From a bacterium (GTDB lineage Bacteria; Bacillota; Clostridia; Christensenellales; UBA3700), in assembly GCA_963592135.1 (NCBI GenBank), contig CAVAVP010000031.1, positions 5,398 to 69,397 of the forward strand: a stretch of DNA of 64,000 nt, written 5' to 3'. Of this stretch, positions 59,274 to 64,000 are shown piece by piece (the stretch's first letter is position 1; each line of letters opens with the position of its first letter). The position numbers and the translations under genes are program-made. Below the pieces are notes generated by a model, which was given only the letters and a program-made list of their open reading frames with translations, was not told the DNA's origin and made no database searches.

Positions 59274-60205
59274 AAAATCTTCAATTCACCTATAGTGCAA
59301 AGTCTCCTTACGAAACTAAGGCGTTAGATAATATAAACCTTGAGATAAACGAAGGTGAGTTTTTAGGTATTGTTGGCCATACAGGATCTGGAAAATCTAC
59401 TTTTATACAGCACCTAAATGGCTTAATAAAGGTTCAAGATGGAAGTATTGATGTGTTTGATATAAAACTAACAAATGCGAAAAAGCCAAAGCCTGATTTA
59501 AGAAAATTAAGATCATATGTTGGAATGGTATTTCAATATCCGGAGTATCAACTTTTCGAAGATACAGTATATAAAGATGTAGCTTTTGGCCCTAAGAATT
59601 TAGGCCTTGATGAAAAAGAAATTGAACAAAGGGTTAAAGAGGCAATATCGCTTGTTGGACTTGATTATGAAAAAATTAAAAATAGAGCACCATTTGAATT
59701 ATCTGGTGGACAAAAAAGAAGAGTAGCAATTGCTGGAATTATAGCAATGAGACCTAAAGTTTTAATTTTAGATGAGCCAACTGCAGGACTTGATCCTTTT
59801 GGAAAAGAACAAATTTTATCACTTATAACAAAACTAAAAGAGAATTGCTCTCCAACTATAATTGTTATTTCGCACGACATGGATGAAATAACAAGATTTG
59901 CAAATAGATTAGTAGTTTTTAATGATGGTAAAATTGCCTTCGATATTCCTATGAAGGAGCTTTTTAAACATAGTGAAGAATTAGTTAAAATTGGGTTAGA
60001 TATTCCAACGCCAGTTAAGATAGCAAATACATTAAAATCAAAGGGAATAGAAGTTAATGACGATATAATAACCACGCAGGATTTAATATCTAATATTATT
60101 GATCTTTACAATAAAAAACATAGTACATATATAGATAAAAACTCAATACAAAATAAAAATTTTGATTTTTCAGTAGATGAAAAGGGGGATGTATTTAATG
60201 AATAG
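59258..60205 (+). CDS. ecfA2: ECF transporter ATPase component 2
   Basis: GHTGSGKST, LSGGQKRR, ILDEPT. Confidence 0.85.
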   Translation: MSIVIKNLQFTYSAKSPYETKALDNINLEINEGEFLGIVGHTGSGKSTFIQHLNGLIKVQDGSIDVFDIKLTNAKKPKPDLRKLRSYVGMVFQYPEYQLFEDTVYKDVAFGPKNLGLDEKEIEQRVKEAISLVGLDYEKIKNRAPFELSGGQKRRVAIAGIIAMRPKVLILDEPTAGLDPFGKEQILSLITKLKENCSPTIIVISHDMDEITRFANRLVVFNDGKIAFDIPMKELFKHSEELVKIGLDIPTPVKIANTLKSKGIEVNDDIITTQDLISNIIDLYNKKHSTYIDKNSIQNKNFDFSVDEKGDVFNE

Positions 60206-61043
60206 TTTTTCATTTGGACAATACTATCCTGGAAATTCTATTATTCATAGGTTAGATCCTAGAACTAAACTTTTATTTACACTTGTTTATATGGTAACCA
60301 TTTTTTTAGTTAAATCATATATAGGGTACTTAATTACTGCCATATTATTTACTACAATAGTTTTTGTATCGACAGTTCCTTGGAAGGTTGTTTTTAAATC
60401 AATAAGAGCAGTTTTATTTCTTCTGATTTTTACTTTACTTATAAATTTGCTTTTCTATAAGGAAGGAACAGAGTTATTCGCTTGGAAATTTATTCATATA
60501 ACGGTGGGAGGAATAGATTATTCAATAAAAATGCTTTTAAGACTATCTCTTCTAGTAATGGGAGCTTCAATACTAACATTTACAACAACATCAACTGAAC
60601 TTACTGATGCTTTAGAGTATTTACTAAAACCATTAAAATATCTTCATATTCCAGTTCATGACTTAGCAATAATTATGAGCATTGCGTTAAGATTTATTCC
60701 TACATTAATCGAGGAAACTCAAAAAATAATGAATGCACAAAAAGCAAGAGGTGCAAATTTGGATACGGGTAACTTTTTTCAAAGAGTGAAAGCAATGCTT
60801 CCTATTTTGATTCCACTATTTGTCTCTGCTTTTAGAAGAGCAGATGAGCTTGCCGATGCACTTGATGCAAGGTGTTATAATGCAACTGATAAGAGAACAA
60901 AAATGAAAGTACTAAAGTTTGGTTTTGCAGATTTATTTGTCTTAGTAATTGCAATAATTTTTGTAACACTAATATGTCTAGATTCGTATATGCTAGGGGG
61001 CGCATATTTAGATAGATTAATTTATGCGGCTGTGGTGGGGTAA
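60198..61043 (+). CDS. ecfT: ECF transporter transmembrane (T) component
   Basis: IHRLDPRTKL and the ARG..L / RRADELADAL coupling helices. ATG 60198 is preferred to the track start at 60177. Confidence 0.8.
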   Translation: MNSFSFGQYYPGNSIIHRLDPRTKLLFTLVYMVTIFLVKSYIGYLITAILFTTIVFVSTVPWKVVFKSIRAVLFLLIFTLLINLLFYKEGTELFAWKFIHITVGGIDYSIKMLLRLSLLVMGASILTFTTTSTELTDALEYLLKPLKYLHIPVHDLAIIMSIALRFIPTLIEETQKIMNAQKARGANLDTGNFFQRVKAMLPILIPLFVSAFRRADELADALDARCYNATDKRTKMKVLKFGFADLFVLVIAIIFVTLICLDSYMLGGAYLDRLIYAAVVG

Positions 61044-61044
61044 T

Positions 61045-61785
61045 ATGAGATATAAGTTAACAATAGCTTACGATGGGACAAATTATTACGGATTTCAAAG
61101 ACAATCCTCGCTTCCTACTATTCAAGAAGAAATAGAAAAAGTATTAAAAAAAATCTTGCAAGAAAATATAACTATTACAGCCTCAGGCAGAACTGATGCT
61201 GGAGTGCATGCTTTAGGACAAGTTGCACATTTTGATACAACTAAGGAGATAACAAATTTAAAGAAGTTTATCTATGGAATGAACTCTCTTTTGCCAAAGA
61301 GTATTGATATATTAAATTGTGAAAAAGTTGATGATAATTTTCACGCAAGATATTCATCAAAATTAAAAACTTATGTGTATAAGATTTATCTTTCAAAAGG
61401 GAATGAACCATTAAAGAGGAATTACTATCATATATGCGGATATGACTTAGATTTTGAGAAAATGCAACAGGCTTGCAACAAGTTTATTGGGGAACACGAT
61501 TTTAAAGCGTTTTCTGTTGAAAATCCAAAGCTTAAATCAACAACAAGAATTGTTAGTGACTGCCACGTAGAAAAGAGCGGAAGTGAGATAGACTTACTAA
61601 TTACTGGTAATGGATTTTTGCACAATATGGTAAGGTCAATTGCAGGAACAATTATTGATGTTGCTCGTGATAGATTTGATGTAGAGTATATTGATAAAAT
61701 ATTTGAATCAAAAGATCACACAAAGGCAGGTAAAACATTAGAAGGCTGCGGATTGTATCTAAAAAGTGTTGAATATATAGGATAG
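61045..61785 (+). CDS. truA: tRNA pseudouridine(38-40) synthase
   Basis: MRYKLTIAYDGTNYYGFQRQ and GRTDAGVHA (catalytic Asp). ATG 61045 is preferred to the track start at 61024. Confidence 0.85.
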   Translation: MRYKLTIAYDGTNYYGFQRQSSLPTIQEEIEKVLKKILQENITITASGRTDAGVHALGQVAHFDTTKEITNLKKFIYGMNSLLPKSIDILNCEKVDDNFHARYSSKLKTYVYKIYLSKGNEPLKRNYYHICGYDLDFEKMQQACNKFIGEHDFKAFSVENPKLKSTTRIVSDCHVEKSGSEIDLLITGNGFLHNMVRSIAGTIIDVARDRFDVEYIDKIFESKDHTKAGKTLEGCGLYLKSVEYIG

Positions 61786-61812
61786 AGTTAGAAAAATTTT
61801 GATTAAAAGTGT

Positions 61813-61841
61813 TTGACACTTGTAGGTGCATTATATAAAAT
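61813..61841 (+). promoter_or_regulatory. rplM-rpsI promoter
   Basis: TTGACA, 17 nt spacer, TAAAAT, followed by a leader of about 95 nt. Confidence 0.6.
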
Positions 61842-61936
61842 AATAAGGCGATTAAATTAGCACAAAGTAAAACTTGCCCCTTGAAATGTGGTGATTAAAT
61901 TACAAAAAAATGAATAAATTTGGAGGGTTTAAAACC

Positions 61937-62365
61937 ATGAAAACATATATGGCAAAGCCTGAGGACATTGAAAAGAAATGGTACATTGTTGATGCAACAG
62001 ATTTAGTACTTGGTAGATTAGCATCAAATGTGGCTAGTGTTCTTAGAGGAAAGAATAAGCCAACATATACACCAAATGTTGATACTGGTGATTATGTTAT
62101 TGTTATCAACTGCGATAAAGTAGTTTTAACAGGAAACAAGTTAGAGGATAAATACCACACACATTACACAGGTTATGTTGGTGGTTTAAAGAAGGTTCAA
62201 TACAAGACATTAATGGCAACAAAGCCAGAATATGCTGTAGAATTAGCAGTTAAGGGAATGCTTCCTAAAAATTCTTTAGGTAGAGCTCAACTTAAGAAAT
62301 TACGTTGCTACGCAGGTGCTGAGCACGGACATGAAGCTCAAAAGCCAATCGAGCTTAAGTTCTAA
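61937..62365 (+). CDS. rplM: 50S ribosomal protein L13
   Basis: [20 protein letters not shown]... The start at 61937 has GGAGGG upstream; the track start at 61910 adds 9 non-conserved residues. Confidence 0.9.
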   Translation: MKTYMAKPEDIEKKWYIVDATDLVLGRLASNVASVLRGKNKPTYTPNVDTGDYVIVINCDKVVLTGNKLEDKYHTHYTGYVGGLKKVQYKTLMATKPEYAVELAVKGMLPKNSLGRAQLKKLRCYAGAEHGHEAQKPIELKF

Positions 62366-62381
62366 TAAGGAGTAAACAATT

Positions 62382-62795
62382 ATGGTAGCTAAGAAGAAAA
62401 CAAGTAAGAAAATTGAATTCCTAGGAACAGGTAGAAGAAAGAAGGCTGTTGCTAGAGTTAGATTAGCAGATGGTACAGGTGTTATTACAATCAATAAAAA
62501 ATCTTTAGATGAATATTTTGGTTTAGATACATTAAAGTATATCGTTAATCAACCATTAGTGTTAACAGGCAATACATCAAATTATGATGTTATTGTAAAT
62601 GTTAAAGGTGGCGGTTTTACAGGACAAGCTGGTGCTATTAGACATGGTATCTCAAGGGCTTTAGTAAAAGCTGATGAAAATACAAAAGCTGAATTAAAGA
62701 AGGCTGGATTCTTAACAAGAGATCCAAGAGAAAAGGAAAGAAAGAAATACGGCTTAAAGAAAGCAAGACGTGCTCCTCAATTCTCAAAGAGATAA
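62382..62795 (+). CDS. rpsI: 30S ribosomal protein S9
   Basis: [12 protein letters not shown]...[19 protein letters not shown]...[12 protein letters not shown]. Confidence 0.9.
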   Translation: MVAKKKTSKKIEFLGTGRRKKAVARVRLADGTGVITINKKSLDEYFGLDTLKYIVNQPLVLTGNTSNYDVIVNVKGGGFTGQAGAIRHGISRALVKADENTKAELKKAGFLTRDPREKERKKYGLKKARRAPQFSKR

Positions 62796-62821
62796 TCGGT
62801 CGAACAAAAAACTCAAACAAG

Positions 62822-62850
62822 AAATCTCGGAATTTTCCGAGATTTTTTTT
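62822..62850 (+). terminator. Terminator after rpsI
   Basis: AAATCTCGG-aatttt-CCGAGATTT plus TTTTT. Confidence 0.75.
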
Positions 62851-62919
62851 GTTTTTTTTAAGATTTAATAGGTTTTATATAAAAAGAGTTTGTGTATTTT
62901 CTATAAAATTATATTTATT

Positions 62920-62936
62920 TGTAATTAGTTTGTAAT
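62920..62936 (+). promoter_or_regulatory. WalR/OmpR-type direct-repeat box upstream of secreted paralog 1
   Basis: TGTAAT-tagtt-TGTAAT fits TGTWAH-N5-TGTWAH exactly. It ends 11 nt before a TATAAC -10 candidate (62948-53). Confidence 0.5.
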
Positions 62937-62985
62937 TTATTTGGGGGTATAACTAAATGCAGTTAAATAAAAGGAGTTCTTTTAG

Positions 62986-63468
62986 ATGATAGTAAGAAAA
63001 AGTTTAATTGCTATATCATTGGTTAGCTTTATTGTTATTATGACGATATGCTTAACTCCTTTTGTATTTGCCTTTGAAAATCAAAGTGCTGGATTTGGTA
63101 TGAATATTAAATATGGAAACGTAATCTTTACTTCAGCAACTGCAAGTGATTCAACAGCAACAGTAACTACAGAAGATAAGACTTTAACAATAAATGTTAG
63201 TGGTTTAATATCTTTTCTTTACCAAAAAAGTTCTGTAACAGTAACTTGTAAAGTGAAGAATATCTATAATGAAAAAATAACTTATAATGGATATTCGGAA
63301 GATAACAATCTTTCTAAAGCTACATACACCGTAAGTGGTTTAACTAAAGGAACAACAATAAACCCAAATGAGGAAGTAACTTTTACTATTAAAATTACTT
63401 CGGATTCAGGTTTTTGGGTTACGTCCTCAGGTACCCTTGTTTTAAAATTTGACTATTTAAAAAGTTAA
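62986..63468 (+). CDS. Small secreted protein, paralog 1 (unknown function)
   Basis: 160 aa. Signal peptide MIVRKSLIAISLVSFIVIMTICLTPFVFA-FE. The mature part is Thr/Ser-rich and beta-rich. AAAGGAG RBS. Confidence 0.65.
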   Translation: MIVRKSLIAISLVSFIVIMTICLTPFVFAFENQSAGFGMNIKYGNVIFTSATASDSTATVTTEDKTLTINVSGLISFLYQKSSVTVTCKVKNIYNEKITYNGYSEDNNLSKATYTVSGLTKGTTINPNEEVTFTIKITSDSGFWVTSSGTLVLKFDYLKS

Positions 63469-63517
63469 GCAATTTTAACTAATTATTTTCTATAATTTTT
63501 TTTAAATAAATAGTTTT

Positions 63518-63534
63518 TGTAATTATTTTGTAAT
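63518..63534 (+). promoter_or_regulatory. WalR/OmpR-type direct-repeat box upstream of secreted paralog 2
   Basis: TGTAAT-tattt-TGTAAT, with the same geometry relative to the TA-rich -10 region as in front of paralog 1. Confidence 0.5.
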
Positions 63535-63580
63535 CTTATATATATTATATTATACACGAAAAATAAAAAGGAGAGCATGT

Positions 63581-64000
63581 ATGAAAGTAAGAAGAAATTT
63601 GCTATTTATATCACTTGTGTGTTTTGCGATAATATTAGCGGTATGTGCTTCCTCTTTTGTTTTTGCGTTTGAAATACAAACAACTGATTTTGGCGCAAAT
63701 ATTTCTTATTTTTACAAGGAAGTTTATTTTACTTCTGCAACCTCCTCGAATTCTTCAAAAGTTTCAGCAACTTACAATGTTAGAACTTTAACTATAACAG
63801 TTAATAATTTGGGTAGTAGCAGAGGCGGGTCTTCGTCTTCATCTTCTGCAACATTAACTTGTAAAATTCACAATTCCTTTGATTATGTAGCTTATTATAA
63901 TGGTTTTACAGAACAGAGTAATTCGAATTCTAAAATTTCATATACAATAAGCGGATTAACAGATGGATTCTCTCTAAGTCCTAATGAAGATTTAACTGTA
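63581..64000 (+). CDS. Small secreted protein, paralog 2 (3' end outside the window)
   Basis: My own translation from ATG 63581 (AAAGGAGAG RBS) is open to the window end: MKVRRNLLFISLVCFAILAVCASSFVFA-FEIQTTDFGANISY...TLTCKIHN...YTISGLTDG. It is colinear with paralog 1. It is absent from the ORF track because it is truncated. Confidence 0.65.
   Translation, partial: MKVRRNLLFISLVCFAIILAVCASSFVFAFEIQTTDFGANISYFYKEVYFTSATSSNSSKVSATYNVRTLTITVNNLGSSRGGSSSSSSATLTCKIHNSFDYVAYYNGFTEQSNSNSKISYTISGLTDGFSLSPNEDLTV

Noticed and set aside
1-64000. Alternative genetic code (TGA as Trp), CRISPR arrays, IS elements, prophage or integrative island
   Set aside because: All conserved genes are full length under code 11. 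I saw no direct-repeat/spacer arrays, no terminal inverted repeats with a transposase or integrase, no tRNA attachment site, and no obvious compositional break.

Overview
64 kb of chromosome from a very AT-rich, low-GC Gram-positive anaerobe (Bacillota, Clostridia-like). GC is judged by eye, not computed. Standard code 11 fits all long ORFs. I see no rRNA, tRNA, CRISPR array, transposase, integrase or phage gene, so this reads as core genome, not an island. Gene blocks in order: (1) an Na+/solute symporter translationally coupled to iorA-iorB-paaK (arylpyruvate to arylacetate branch); (2) a transglutaminase-like protein, a DtxR/MntR-like regulator and lysA; (3) a tandem glycine riboswitch driving an alanine/glycine:cation symporter; (4) guaB; (5) a ZTP (pfl-type) riboswitch driving purE-F-M-N-(PurO-like IMP cyclohydrolase)-(AICAR transformylase)-purD-purL; (6) a metal block with csoR-copA-copZ convergent on cadC-HMA-cadA, each with a recognisable operator; (7) a large nitrogen-assimilation cluster, with a three-gene split glutamate synthase plus pyrG divergent from type III glutamine synthetase, asnB, a GS-like gene and an ANTAR regulator; (8) ispE, prs, an MBL hydrolase and rho; (9) a GH-D alpha-galactosidase-like gene; (10) a Fur-family regulator plus reverse rubrerythrin; (11) DUF1846, then an MFS / ComEC-type MBL / amino-acid-kinase operon; (12) PFOR; (13) ecfA1-ecfA2-ecfT-truA-rplM-rpsI; (14) two tandem paralogous small secreted proteins. 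The best candidate for something not yet described is in the nitrogen cluster. A glutamine-synthetase paralog has lost its metal- and phosphate-binding residues. It sits directly upstream of an ANTAR antiterminator whose receiver domain lacks the phospho-acceptor Asp. Three nearby glutamine-metabolism transcription units carry intrinsic terminators, each preceded by a small overlapping hairpin with an A..G loop. Second is a perfect WalR-type direct repeat (TGTAAT-N5-TGTAAT) in front of both tandem secreted paralogs. All calls come from reading the sequence and recalling family motifs. No searches or folding were run, and RNA element borders are approximate.
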